From Clostridiaceae bacterium (GTDB taxonomy: Bacteria; Cyanobacteriota; Vampirovibrionia; Gastranaerophilales; Gastranaerophilaceae), in assembly GCA_022641775.1 (NCBI GenBank), contig JALCDS010000005.1, positions 22,299 through 86,298 of the forward strand: a stretch of 64,000 nt of DNA, given 5' to 3'. Positions 8,855 through 18,426 of this stretch are shown here, in pieces (position 1 is the stretch's first letter; each line of letters starts with the position of its first letter). The notes beneath the pieces were generated by a model that saw only the letters and a program-made list of their open reading frames with translations, did no database searches and was not told where the DNA came from. The position numbers were made by a program, and so were the translations under genes.

Positions 8855-9910
8855 ATGCCACAAAAATTAATTGATAAATTGAGCTTTTTAGACAAATATT
8901 TAACCGTATGGATATTTGCTGCAATGTTTCTAGGAGTATGCTTAGGCTTTTTTATTCCCGAAACAAAGGATATTATAAATAAATTTCAAATTGGAACAAC
9001 TAATATTCCAATTGCAATAGGATTGATTCTAATGATGTTTCCCCCTCTTGCCAGAGTGAAATATGAAAAATTAAAAGAAGTATTTAAAGATAAAAAAATC
9101 CTGACACTCTCTTTGTTTTTAAATTGGATAGTAGGTCCAATATTGATGTTTAGTTTAGCTGTTATATTTTTACATAATTATCCACAATACATGATAGGAC
9201 TGATTATGATTGGATTAGCAAGATGTATTGCAATGGTATTAGTTTGGAATAGACTGGCTCAAGGCAGTTCTGAATATGGCGCAGGTTTGGTGGCTTTTAA
9301 CAGTATTTTTCAAGTATTATTTTTCAGCGCATACGCTTGGTTTTTTATAACATTATTACCTCCTGTACTTGGTCTAAAAGGGGCTATAGTTGATGTAAGT
9401 ATAAAAACAATAGCAGAAAGTGTATTTATTTATCTTGGAATACCATTTATATTAGGATTTTTAACTCAAAAAGTTTTAATAAAAATAAAAGGTTATAATT
9501 GGTTCCATGAAATATTTGTACCGAAAATAAGTCCTATAACCTTAATTGCATTACTTTTTACGATTATAGTAATGTTTAGTTTAAAAGGCAATTTGATAGT
9601 TCAAATACCTTTAGATGTAATAAGAATCGCAATACCGCTTGTTTTATATTTTATAATAATGTTTATAATGTCATTTTTATTAGCGTATAAACTCAATGCA
9701 GGTTATGAAAAGTCTGCAACTATTTCATTTACTGCAGCCGGAAACAATTTTGAACTTGCAATAGCTGTTGCGATAGCTGTTTTTGGGTTAAATTCCGGGG
9801 TAGCGTTTGCCTGTGTAATTGGACCTTTGATTGAAGTACCGGCACTGATATCACTTGTAAATTTATCATTTTGGATTAGAAACAAATTTTATAAAGGAGA
9901 TATAAATTAA
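8855..9910 (+). CDS. acr3: ACR3 family arsenite efflux transporter
   Basis: ATG 8855 behind GGAGGGG. Multi-TM protein with ACR3-like sequence ([20 protein letters not shown]). Confidence 0.88.
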   Translation: MPQKLIDKLSFLDKYLTVWIFAAMFLGVCLGFFIPETKDIINKFQIGTTNIPIAIGLILMMFPPLARVKYEKLKEVFKDKKILTLSLFLNWIVGPILMFSLAVIFLHNYPQYMIGLIMIGLARCIAMVLVWNRLAQGSSEYGAGLVAFNSIFQVLFFSAYAWFFITLLPPVLGLKGAIVDVSIKTIAESVFIYLGIPFILGFLTQKVLIKIKGYNWFHEIFVPKISPITLIALLFTIIVMFSLKGNLIVQIPLDVIRIAIPLVLYFIIMFIMSFLLAYKLNAGYEKSATISFTAAGNNFELAIAVAIAVFGLNSGVAFACVIGPLIEVPALISLVNLSFWIRNKFYKGDIN

Positions 9911-10881
9911 TGTTTTTAAACTTTGCCAACTGGCTTATTTATGGAATTTTAGGTTTTTCAGCAAACACAAAAATTGGAAGTGCTCTACACTTTTTTGTAT
10001 ATGATGTTATAAAAATATTATTTTTACTTTTTACAATAATAACTTTGATTGCATTTTTGCGATCATACAGCAACAATGCAAAGTTCAAAGCATATATTGA
10101 AAAACAGCCGAGACTTTTGGCACACTTTATGGCCGCAATTTTTGGAGCAATAACGCCATTTTGTTCATGCTCATCAATTCCTGTATTTATAGGATTTGTA
10201 GAATCAGGATTACCTTTTGGCGTTGCGATGAGTTTCTTAATAACTTCACCTATGATAAATGAAATTGCAATCGTTGTACTCGCCGGTGTTGTAGGATTAA
10301 AAATAACAACAATTTATCTTGTTACAGGAATTTTAGTCGGAACTTTAGGCGGATATATTATGGAAAAATTAGGGTTTAAAAAGTATTTACAAGATTATTT
10401 GTTTAAACTTGAAGGTCACAGCGCTGGGACAACTTGTTCTTGTGCTAAAGATATGACAAATTATACCGTAAAAGAAAGGTTAGCCAATTCAATTAATTAT
10501 GCAATTGATTTATTTAGAAAAATATTTTTGTTTGTAATTCTTGGTGTTGCTGTAGGTGCATTTTTACATGGATACGTCCCTCAAGAATTCTTCATGAAAT
10601 ATATGCAAAGTAATAACTTGCTTGCTGTACCGCTTGCAGTAATCTGTGGAATTCCATTGTATTCCGATGCCACAACAATAATCCCTATTGCACAGGTTTT
10701 AATTCAAAAAGGTTGTGCAACAGGGACAGTATTAGTTTTTATGATGGCAGTTGTAGGGTTGAGTTTGCCTGAGATGATTATCCTATCTCGTGTTATGAAA
10801 AAAGAATTGATAATAAGATATTGTATCTTTATGGCGATAACCTTTACACTTGTAGGATATTTTTATAATATTATTTTTTAA
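9910..10881 (+). CDS. arsP: ArsP-like permease (DUF318 family)
   Basis: Multi-TM permease with the vicinal Cys motif TPFCSCSS described for the ArsP methylarsenite efflux permease. Translationally coupled to acr3. Confidence 0.6.
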   Translation: MFLNFANWLIYGILGFSANTKIGSALHFFVYDVIKILFLLFTIITLIAFLRSYSNNAKFKAYIEKQPRLLAHFMAAIFGAITPFCSCSSIPVFIGFVESGLPFGVAMSFLITSPMINEIAIVVLAGVVGLKITTIYLVTGILVGTLGGYIMEKLGFKKYLQDYLFKLEGHSAGTTCSCAKDMTNYTVKERLANSINYAIDLFRKIFLFVILGVAVGAFLHGYVPQEFFMKYMQSNNLLAVPLAVICGIPLYSDATTIIPIAQVLIQKGCATGTVLVFMMAVVGLSLPEMIILSRVMKKELIIRYCIFMAITFTLVGYFYNIIF

Positions 10882-11431
10882 TTAGCCATTCAAATTCTTT
10901 TTTAGCACTTAAAAGTACATCTTCTCTTTTTAAGACATCACCAGGCGTTCTCAAATTCTCGGTAATAAACAATCTATTTTCGCCAAACCCGATAAAGTTC
11001 ATCAAACTTGCATTATTTTCTAAAATAGACTTAAATCTATTTTTATCGATATTACCTTGTGTAATTAGCCACAAAACTTTTTTATCAGGTGCGATTTTAC
11101 TTGAATAATCTTCCTTCAAAAAGCAGAATAATCTATCAATAAGCCTTTTTAACTGTGCTGTGATATCAAACATATAAACAGGTGTTGCAATAATCACTCT
11201 ATCAGCTTTTGTCAATTCTTCAATAATTTCTGTGGCATCATCTTTTAAGACGCAAAGTCTATCAGATTTTTTGCAAGCATAACAAGCTTGGCACCCTCTA
11301 ATATTCAATCCGTTCAGATAATAGGATTTTACTTCAATATTTTCATCTTTAATTTCTTTTAATACTTCATTTAATAAAAGTGAAGTATTGCCGTTTTTTC
11401 TCGGACTTGCAAGCAACGTAACTATTTTCAT
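10871..11431 (-). CDS. NADPH-dependent FMN reductase / flavodoxin-like fold protein
   Basis: MKIVTLLASPRKNGNTS N-terminus and a CQACYAC motif, as in iron-sulfur flavoproteins. Confidence 0.65.
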   Translation of the reverse strand: MKIVTLLASPRKNGNTSLLLNEVLKEIKDENIEVKSYYLNGLNIRGCQACYACKKSDRLCVLKDDATEIIEELTKADRVIIATPVYMFDITAQLKRLIDRLFCFLKEDYSSKIAPDKKVLWLITQGNIDKNRFKSILENNASLMNFIGFGENRLFITENLRTPGDVLKREDVLLSAKKEFEWLIKK

Positions 11432-11447
11432 AACAATTCCCTTTCTT

Positions 11448-11735
11448 TTAAATCAATTTATTATAAACATTCATATCAGATTCTTTTATGGAAAACTCGC
11501 TAATTTTTGGGATTAAAGTTTTAAAATGTGGTGAATTTATATGTGAATTTAGGCTAACTTCATCTTGCCACTCTTCAACAAATGTCAAAATACTTTTATC
11601 TTTTATATCTTGAAAAACCTCATAAGATATATTTCCACTCTCATGTCTTGTTTTTTCAACAAGTTGTTTTGCAATATCTATTACTTCATCCAACTTTTCT
11701 TCTTTAAAAAAATTTTTCGCTATAACTTTTATCAT
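11448..11735 (-). CDS. antibiotic biosynthesis monooxygenase (ABM) domain protein
   Basis: About 95 aa ferredoxin-like ABM pattern (E.GN..Y.......F...E.W......H..S.HF). ATG 11735 lies behind AAGGAA. Confidence 0.7.
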   Translation of the reverse strand: MIKVIAKNFFKEEKLDEVIDIAKQLVEKTRHESGNISYEVFQDIKDKSILTFVEEWQDEVSLNSHINSPHFKTLIPKISEFSIKESDMNVYNKLI

Positions 11736-11817
11736 TAAAACCGTTTCCTTTCTTGTATTCATTATATTACTCAAAGATATATATTTGTATGTACAATCAA
11801 ATAAAATATAAAATTTT

Positions 11818-12243
11818 TTATTTTCCTTCTAATTTTAAAGCTGCTTCTCCTACTTGTCGTGTCAAATCTTCGCCCTTTTTATCACCTAATATTTTTGAAT
11901 ATCTGTCATGCAATCTTTTCCAAGCAGCTTTTATTTCTTTTAAAAGTTTTTTCCCATCATCTGTCGGAATTAATAGTACGGATTTACCGTCAATAAGACG
12001 TTTTACAAAACCCTTTTGTTCTATTTTATCAACAAATCGTGTAATTGTAGAAGGTGTTAATTGCAAATATTCACCGACTTCTTTTTGTGAAATTTTTGGA
12101 TTTTCACATACAAGCATAACAATAAAGGCATAATTTGGAGATAATCCTGTTTTTTTGAATTCATCTTCAGCAAAAGATGTCATTATTCTGGCAAGCGAAT
12201 TAGCCGTAAAATATAAACAACATTTGAACAAATCTTTTATCAT
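11818..12243 (-). CDS. MarR family transcriptional regulator
   Basis: Winged-HTH ISQKEVGEYLQLTPSTITRFVDKIEQKGFVKR. ATG 12243 is chosen because a promoter and RBS lie inside the longer track ORF. Confidence 0.8.
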   Translation of the reverse strand: MIKDLFKCCLYFTANSLARIMTSFAEDEFKKTGLSPNYAFIVMLVCENPKISQKEVGEYLQLTPSTITRFVDKIEQKGFVKRLIDGKSVLLIPTDDGKKLLKEIKAAWKRLHDRYSKILGDKKGEDLTRQVGEAALKLEGK

Positions 12244-12268
12244 TAATTTTCCTTTGTTTGTACATACA

Positions 12269-12297
12269 AGTATAATACCTTTTACATATTTTGTCAA
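12269..12297 (-). promoter_or_regulatory. sigma70-like promoter of marR
   Basis: Minus strand: TTGACA (12297..12292), N17, TATACT (12274..12269), followed by AGGAAA and ATG 12243. Confidence 0.45.
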
Positions 12298-12301
12298 CCA
12301 T

Positions 12302-12330
12302 AAAAAAGCCTGAACAAATCAGGCTTTTTT
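12302..12330. terminator. bidirectional rho-independent terminator
   Basis: AGCCTGA-acaaa-TCAGGCT, flanked by an A-run and a T-run. It lies just downstream of the NifX-like gene. Confidence 0.7.
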
Positions 12331-12352
12331 AAATATTCTATTTATGTCAAAT

Positions 12353-12748
12353 TTATTCGTGATGATGTCCGCAGCCTTCTCCGGAATGATGTCCATGACA
12401 ATGATGATGTTCTCCGTTACAAGTGTTTTCACCAAGCGTCAATGTATCATTCATATAAGAAGTTACAACTTCCTTAATCGGAAGTTCCGGACAACCGGCA
12501 ACAACCTTTACGCCATTTTGAGCAAATATCATTTGTGGACGCATTCCCATACCACCGGCAAGTACAATACTTGCACCTTGTTCTGAAATCCAACTTGCAG
12601 ATTGACAAGAAATACCATCTTCAGGTACTTTTGATTCTGTATTCAAAATTTCTTTAGTTTCAGGATTAATTTCCACAAACGTAAAAGATTCACAATTTCC
12701 AAAGTGTGCACACAATTTTTCGTCTTTTGACGGAATAGCAATTTTCAT
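12353..12748 (-). CDS. NifB/NifX/NifY-type (dinitrogenase FeMo-cofactor binding fold) protein with His-rich tail
   Basis: MKIAIPS...CAHFGNCESF...LAGGMG pattern. C-terminal GEHHHCHGHHSGEGCGHHHE. ATG 12748 lies behind AAAGGAG. The ORF stays open upstream to 12994 (see findings). Confidence 0.7.
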   Translation of the reverse strand: MKIAIPSKDEKLCAHFGNCESFTFVEINPETKEILNTESKVPEDGISCQSASWISEQGASIVLAGGMGMRPQMIFAQNGVKVVAGCPELPIKEVVTSYMNDTLTLGENTCNGEHHHCHGHHSGEGCGHHHE

Positions 12749-13107
12749 AATTTTATCTCCTTTTAATTTATCAATATTTGCCTGTAGCAATATCGCACTT
12801 TCTAAAGCTTCTGTTTCAGTCAACTCATATTCTTTTGCATAAGCTTTTAAAATATTCAAAATATTTTCGTTGAGTCTCCTATTAAACGGGATTTTGTTCA
12901 TACATGTTCTTTTTCTACCGGCACAAGCACGTTTCCCGCCCCATCTGCCTTTTTTTTGATATTCATCATTCATTTGGTTATTACAACAATGCATTTGATT
13001 TCCCTCACAAAATTATTATATATTGCAATCTTGATTTTGTCAATACATTTTCAAGTTAATTCTCAACATTTTTATTTTTAAGTTAATATTAAATAAAGGA
13101 CAGTTGA

Positions 13108-13449
13108 ATGATAAAATATTTTGCACCAATAGTATTATTAACAATATCCAATATTTTTATGACATTTGCATGGTATGGACATTTAAAATACAAAAATACC
13201 GCGTTATGGACAGTCATATTAATTAGTTGGGGAATCGCATTTTTTGAATATTGTTTTCAAGTTCCTGCAAACAGAATCGGGCATGAAGTATATGATGCAG
13301 CACATTTAAAAACGATACAAGAAGTAATAACCCTTGTAGTATTTTGTTTTTTCTCTGTTTTTTACTTAAAAGAAGACTTAAAGTGGAACTATATCGTAGG
13401 CTTTGTTTTAATCATTTTGGCAGCATTTTTTGTATTTAAGAAGTGGTAA
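13108..13449 (+). CDS. DMT-superfamily small membrane protein (DUF486-like)
   Basis: 113 aa with 4 TM segments and the FMTFAWYGHLKY motif. Confidence 0.6.
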   Translation: MIKYFAPIVLLTISNIFMTFAWYGHLKYKNTALWTVILISWGIAFFEYCFQVPANRIGHEVYDAAHLKTIQEVITLVVFCFFSVFYLKEDLKWNYIVGFVLIILAAFFVFKKW

Positions 13450-14825
13450 TTATGGTAAAAGATTTTAAAATTGAAAATGTTTTTGTGTTTATAGCTCTAA
13501 TTTTCGGGCTATTGTACGTTTTAATATTGCCCCCTTTCCAATCCGTTGATGAAGGCATGCATTTTTTCAGAACTTATCAAATTTCAATGGGTCACTTAAT
13601 GGCAAAAAACACCAACGGCAAAATCGGAGATATACTACCTAAAGATTTAGCAAGTTTTTATAATAGATACACTCCTCTTATAAAACATATAGACAAAAAA
13701 AGCAGTATAACAAATATAAAAAACGAATTACGCTTAAAGTTAAACAAAGATAATACAACTTATATTGAATTCACAAATACAGCGCTATATTCACCAACCT
13801 GCTATATAAGCCAGCTTCCGGGAGTAATACTTGCAAAAGCATTGAATCTTCCTCTGGGTATAATTTTTTATTTGGGAAGAATTAGCAACCTTATTTTTTA
13901 CTGTTTGATGATATATTGTGCACTCAAAATAACTCCGTTTTTCAAAACTCCGATGATGTTACTTGCGCTAATGCCAATGTCACTTTCACTAGCAGGGGCA
14001 TATACGAGTGATGTAATGGTATTTGGACTGAATTTTATTTTCTTTGCAATGATATTGAAACTTTTAGTAAATAATGACAAATACATACAAAATCTTTTAA
14101 TAATGGCTATTTTAGGATTTTTAATAGCACTTACAAAATCATATATTTTGCTTTTACCTTTGATTTTTTTAATTCCAAGTCGAAATTTCAAAAATCTAAA
14201 ACGTTATTGGATATTCATTACAAGCTTTTTATTATCAGCTATAGCAGGCGCAATGATTTGGTCTATGACATCAAAAGGTCTTAATCTGAATATGAACACT
14301 TATGTTACTAATGTTGATGCTCAAAAAATGTTTATACTAACTCATCCGTTCAACTATATTTGGATAATGATTAAAACGTTTTTTGTCAAAATGCCAAGAT
14401 TGTATGTAACTATGATTGGTGTATTAGGTTGGCAAGATACCCCACTTGATTGGATTACGTATATGATTTATCCTATTTTAATATATTTTGGAATAAATAA
14501 TGAAGCTTTTAATTTTAAATTACAAAATTGGCAAAAGTGGGTTATTATTGCAACTATTATATTAGGAATAGTTTTAACTTATACAAGTTTATATATTATG
14601 TGGTCACCGGTTAAAAACCCAATTATTTTAGGCTTAAACGGGAAATATTTTATACCTTTGATGCTACCATTTCTGTTATTATTCAAAAACAGTTCTACAA
14701 AATTTAACAACCATAAATTACAATTGATAATAATAATCGCAACAATTTTCATATTAATTTCAAGCGATTTATCACTTATTCATCGTTTTTACGATATGAC
14801 ACCTCAGCTTTATTACAATATATAA
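13443..14825 (+). CDS. polytopic membrane protein, DUF2142 / glycosyltransferase-C-like
   Basis: More than 10 TM segments. The first loop, SVDEGMHFFRTYQ, resembles the DUF2142 D-E-x-x-H loop. Confidence 0.45.
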   Translation: MVIMVKDFKIENVFVFIALIFGLLYVLILPPFQSVDEGMHFFRTYQISMGHLMAKNTNGKIGDILPKDLASFYNRYTPLIKHIDKKSSITNIKNELRLKLNKDNTTYIEFTNTALYSPTCYISQLPGVILAKALNLPLGIIFYLGRISNLIFYCLMIYCALKITPFFKTPMMLLALMPMSLSLAGAYTSDVMVFGLNFIFFAMILKLLVNNDKYIQNLLIMAILGFLIALTKSYILLLPLIFLIPSRNFKNLKRYWIFITSFLLSAIAGAMIWSMTSKGLNLNMNTYVTNVDAQKMFILTHPFNYIWIMIKTFFVKMPRLYVTMIGVLGWQDTPLDWITYMIYPILIYFGINNEAFNFKLQNWQKWVIIATIILGIVLTYTSLYIMWSPVKNPIILGLNGKYFIPLMLPFLLLFKNSSTKFNNHKLQLIIIIATIFILISSDLSLIHRFYDMTPQLYYNI

Positions 14826-14902
14826 CGGATGAAAGACACTTTTCAGCAAATTATTTTTTTTACAGATTTTATATGACATATAAAAAAAGAGGATATTATT
14901 TT

Positions 14903-16585
14903 ATGCAAGTAGATTTAATCAGAAATATGTCTTATAATAATTATGCAGACAAAAGACAAAATAGAAGTGTTTCATTTATGGGAAAAAATAAAGATCTATC
15001 GAAAAACGAACAAGAATTTTTAAGATATAAAATACAATTAGCAAGAAAAGATCACGAAATTTCAACCAAATCGGGGATTGCTCAATGGGATTATTATATA
15101 AATTCCAGTAATGAGAATATGAAAACTTATGAAAAAGAGTACGATAAAAGTTTGAAGTTTTGGAGTGATAAAAAGACTTACAAAAAGCTGCTTCAATTTG
15201 AGAAAAAAGGTATTTCTGATAAAACTCTAAAACGCACAATTACAGATTTAATCCATGATTTTGAAGAAAATGTAAAAGATACTCAATTACAAAAAAAATT
15301 ACAAACTATGCAAAATAAAATTGAACAAACCGTCAATTCTTATAAGGGCAATTTTGATGGCAAGGAATATCCAAATGCAGAATTAACGACAATTTTAGAA
15401 ACCGAAAAGAATCCGGGAATAAGAGAAAAAGCTTACAATGCAAGGTATGTTACAATCGGTGAAAAAATAGAAAAAGATTTGATTAATTTAGTAAAAGAGC
15501 GTAACAAATTTGCAAAGAAAAAAGGTTATGACAACTACTTCAGCTATGTATTGAAAGAAAGCTACAAGGTTGATGAAAAACAATTATTCAACACCTTAGA
15601 TATTATTGCTAAAAAAACTCGTCCTATCTACAAACAGATACAAGAAGAAGGAGATATAAAACTTGCAAAAGTATTTAACATCAGTCCAAAAGAACTTCAG
15701 CCATGGCATTACGGACTTTTGCTAGAAGGTAATCCTAAAAAAGAAGCTAACAAATATCTCAAAGATAACAAGATGATGGAAAATACCGTCTATGATATGT
15801 ATAAGGCTATGGGTTGGAATGTCAAAGAAATGCCGATAATGCTTGATTTGTATCCTAAAACAAACAAAAATCAACACGGTTTCTGTTTTGATTTGAACCC
15901 AAATAAAGATGCAAGGATTTTGGCTAATCTAAAAAATGACACTAATAGTGTAGAAACTTTGCTACATGAAATGGGACATTCTGTTTACGCACTTTCTTAT
16001 TCTCCAAAACTTCAATATTTTGACAAAAATACACATTATGCAACTACAGAAGCGGTGGCAATGATGATGGAAACTGTACCGGCCAGAGAAGGTTTCTATT
16101 CTAAAGAACTGAATTTACCAACAAAACTTTCAAAGAAATTAGAAACATACAGACTTAAAACTTCCATAAAATTCGTAAATTATTATGAAGTATTAATAAA
16201 TTTTGAAAAAATGATGTATGAAAATCCTGATCAAGATTTATCAAAATTATGGTTTGAACTGAGTCACAAATACGAATTGAGACCTATGCCGAAAAAGATT
16301 GTAAATGAATGGGCTAACATTCCACACCTATTAGTTTGTCCGGGATATTTACAAAATTATTTCAGAGCTGAAATTATGCAAGACCAAATGTATAATGCAG
16401 CAAGCAAAAAACTCGGCAAACTCACCGAAAATTCTAAAACAAGAAAATTTTTCGAGAAAAATCTGTTCAAATACGGCAAATCATTACCGGAAGACGAACT
16501 ACTTGAAAAATTCACCGGTTCTAAATTGAATGTAGAAGCTTTATGCAAAAGCTATGAAAAACTTTTAAAAGTAATAAAAAAATAA
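14903..16585 (+). CDS. M3-like zinc metallopeptidase (HEMGH) with N/Q-rich VSFMG leader
   Basis: LLHEMGHSVY...TTEAVAMMMETV has HExxH-(about 25 aa)-E spacing as in M3 oligoendopeptidases. ATG 14903 lies behind AGAGGA. No Sec signal peptide. Confidence 0.55.
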   Translation: MQVDLIRNMSYNNYADKRQNRSVSFMGKNKDLSKNEQEFLRYKIQLARKDHEISTKSGIAQWDYYINSSNENMKTYEKEYDKSLKFWSDKKTYKKLLQFEKKGISDKTLKRTITDLIHDFEENVKDTQLQKKLQTMQNKIEQTVNSYKGNFDGKEYPNAELTTILETEKNPGIREKAYNARYVTIGEKIEKDLINLVKERNKFAKKKGYDNYFSYVLKESYKVDEKQLFNTLDIIAKKTRPIYKQIQEEGDIKLAKVFNISPKELQPWHYGLLLEGNPKKEANKYLKDNKMMENTVYDMYKAMGWNVKEMPIMLDLYPKTNKNQHGFCFDLNPNKDARILANLKNDTNSVETLLHEMGHSVYALSYSPKLQYFDKNTHYATTEAVAMMMETVPAREGFYSKELNLPTKLSKKLETYRLKTSIKFVNYYEVLINFEKMMYENPDQDLSKLWFELSHKYELRPMPKKIVNEWANIPHLLVCPGYLQNYFRAEIMQDQMYNAASKKLGKLTENSKTRKFFEKNLFKYGKSLPEDELLEKFTGSKLNVEALCKSYEKLLKVIKK

Positions 16586-16605
16586 TTTTATAATATAATT
16601 CATCT

Positions 16606-17376
16606 ATGGAAATAATAAAATTAAACCTGGCAAGAAACTGCCTCAGATACCTTATTCAAACGTATAAGATAGAAGAAATATACTTGCCTTATTATATATG
16701 CCCAAGTTTGCGCCAAGCCGTGCAAAAAGAAAATTGCAAAATACATTTTTATCATATCGATATGAATTTTTATCCGATGGAAGACTTTGGGGAAAGTGAT
16801 TTTATTGTTTATCCAAATTATTTTGGTATTTGCTCTAAAAATGTTTTAAAATTGGCTGATAAATACAAACACCTTATTGTAGATAATGCTCAGAGCTTTT
16901 TTATGCCACATAAAGGTTTTGCTTCTTTTAATTCTTTAAGAAAATTCTTCCCTGTTGCAGATGGAGCATATCTTTATATTGATAAAAAATTAGAAAATAA
17001 TTTTATTCACGAAAAAAATTACAATTACAACTTTGATAATTTTGAAGAATTTGTAAAAAATGAACTTCGGCTTGATAAAACAGAAATCAAATACATGTCT
17101 TTGGATACAGAACTTTTTATGCAAACTGTAGATTTTGAAAAAATTAAAGAACAAAAGCTGAAAAAATTTTATGAATATGAGGAAAAGTTTTCAAATAAAA
17201 ACATTTTAAAAATAAATTTGAGTACGAACGACATACCATACTGCTATCCACTATTGACGGAAGAACAACTTGATATACAAAAGTTATCACCCAATCCCAT
17301 TTTGCGTTTTTGGTCTCCGCTACCTAAAGAGTTTAGCGAATATAAGTTTTATAAAAACTTAATTCCATTGTTATAA
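16606..17376 (+). CDS. DegT/DnrJ/EryC1/StrS-like (short) PLP-enzyme homologue
   Basis: LIVDNAQSF...ASFNSLRKFFPVADGAYL resembles the ...EDaAqa...fSF...K...geGG block. The protein is only 256 aa. Confidence 0.4.
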   Translation: MEIIKLNLARNCLRYLIQTYKIEEIYLPYYICPSLRQAVQKENCKIHFYHIDMNFYPMEDFGESDFIVYPNYFGICSKNVLKLADKYKHLIVDNAQSFFMPHKGFASFNSLRKFFPVADGAYLYIDKKLENNFIHEKNYNYNFDNFEEFVKNELRLDKTEIKYMSLDTELFMQTVDFEKIKEQKLKKFYEYEEKFSNKNILKINLSTNDIPYCYPLLTEEQLDIQKLSPNPILRFWSPLPKEFSEYKFYKNLIPLL

Positions 17377-17877
17377 ATCAATGGAAACACCTGCATTTAT
17401 ACTTGTTGTAGATTTATCAATTTTGCTGACATCATAAATTTGACCTTCAACAAAAACATTTGTCTTACCGAATTTTGCACTAACACCTGCAAATCCGCCA
17501 ACATTATTAGTTACCTTTGAGGTTTTATAATCCAATTTTGATGCAAAATAAGGCGTTGCATAAAGCTTAATATCCTTACTTACTGGAACTGATACAGTCG
17601 CCGGCTGAATTCTAAATTGAACGGTTTTTGACTTGTCATTAATATTATTTCTAACTCTGAAACCACCACTAAAACAACTGTTACCATATGGCAAAGAACC
17701 TTTGGCATCAAAAATCAATCCTGTTGAACCTTTTGTAAAACAACTACCCATACCTGCATAGGTAGAAAGTTTGCCACTGCCAACATTTATACTGCAATCA
17801 ACGCCTGCAGTTGAAAAGTTTGAACCGTCACATTGCTGAAATGTTGACATAGAAGCTTTTGTATTGATTTTTGGCAT
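17371..17877 (-). CDS. hypothetical beta-rich protein
   Basis: 168 aa, G/S/T-rich with an alternating pattern. No signal peptide and no recognisable family. Confidence 0.4.
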   Translation of the reverse strand: MPKINTKASMSTFQQCDGSNFSTAGVDCSINVGSGKLSTYAGMGSCFTKGSTGLIFDAKGSLPYGNSCFSGGFRVRNNINDKSKTVQFRIQPATVSVPVSKDIKLYATPYFASKLDYKTSKVTNNVGGFAGVSAKFGKTNVFVEGQIYDVSKIDKSTTSINAGVSIDL

Positions 17878-17979
17878 TAAAATTTCCTCAATTAATATTT
17901 CCTCTACTTATATAAACACATTTGAGAAAAAATAATTGACTTTTTATGGTTATAACCGGCTACTAAATGTAAACTGGCT

Positions 17980-18426
17980 TTACAACGGGCACTTTATAAC
18001 AACTTTTTTAACTTCATTACAAGTTCCATCAGGTGAAATCTGAGGTGCATGAGCCTCTTTAGGATACAACATAACAAAATTTGTTCCAGTCAAATAAACG
18101 CTATTTAAAAATCTTTTTGGAGTTTTAAAAAACATAATATCTCTGTCTTCATCATATTTTTCTGAAATTTCTAATCCATCAGTTTTTGTATAATCAAGCT
18201 TTTCAACCCCGGTCAGCAAAAGCTGTATATCAATATATTTTTCATGCGCTTCTAATTTAGAATTTTGTTGAAGCTTGGTATTATAAATTTCAACATTTGC
18301 ATAAATGCCCTCTTTTAAAATATGTTTACCAAGTTCTATATCGGGAGTTAAATTTTTTAAAAAATCAATGGCGACTTGAGGAATCTCTGCATACTTTGAA
18401 ATATTTTTCAATTCATCCGATATCAT
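17980..18426 (-). CDS. YhcH/YjgK/YiaL family (DUF386) protein
   Basis: 148 aa. EAHEKYIDIQLLL.G.E and PKEAHAP motifs typical of the family. Confidence 0.7.
   Translation of the reverse strand: MISDELKNISKYAEIPQVAIDFLKNLTPDIELGKHILKEGIYANVEIYNTKLQQNSKLEAHEKYIDIQLLLTGVEKLDYTKTDGLEISEKYDEDRDIMFFKTPKRFLNSVYLTGTNFVMLYPKEAHAPQISPDGTCNEVKKVVIKCPL

Noticed and set aside
11753-12133. 126-aa plus-strand ORF.
   Set aside because: It lies antisense to the MarR gene, which has a clear winged-HTH, promoter and RBS. The translation is low-complexity.
17371-17877. Annotating the 168-aa beta-rich ORF as an outer-membrane beta-barrel (OmpW/OmpX-like).
   Set aside because: It has no signal peptide and no C-terminal aromatic residue. 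The alternating pattern alone is insufficient, so it is left as hypothetical.
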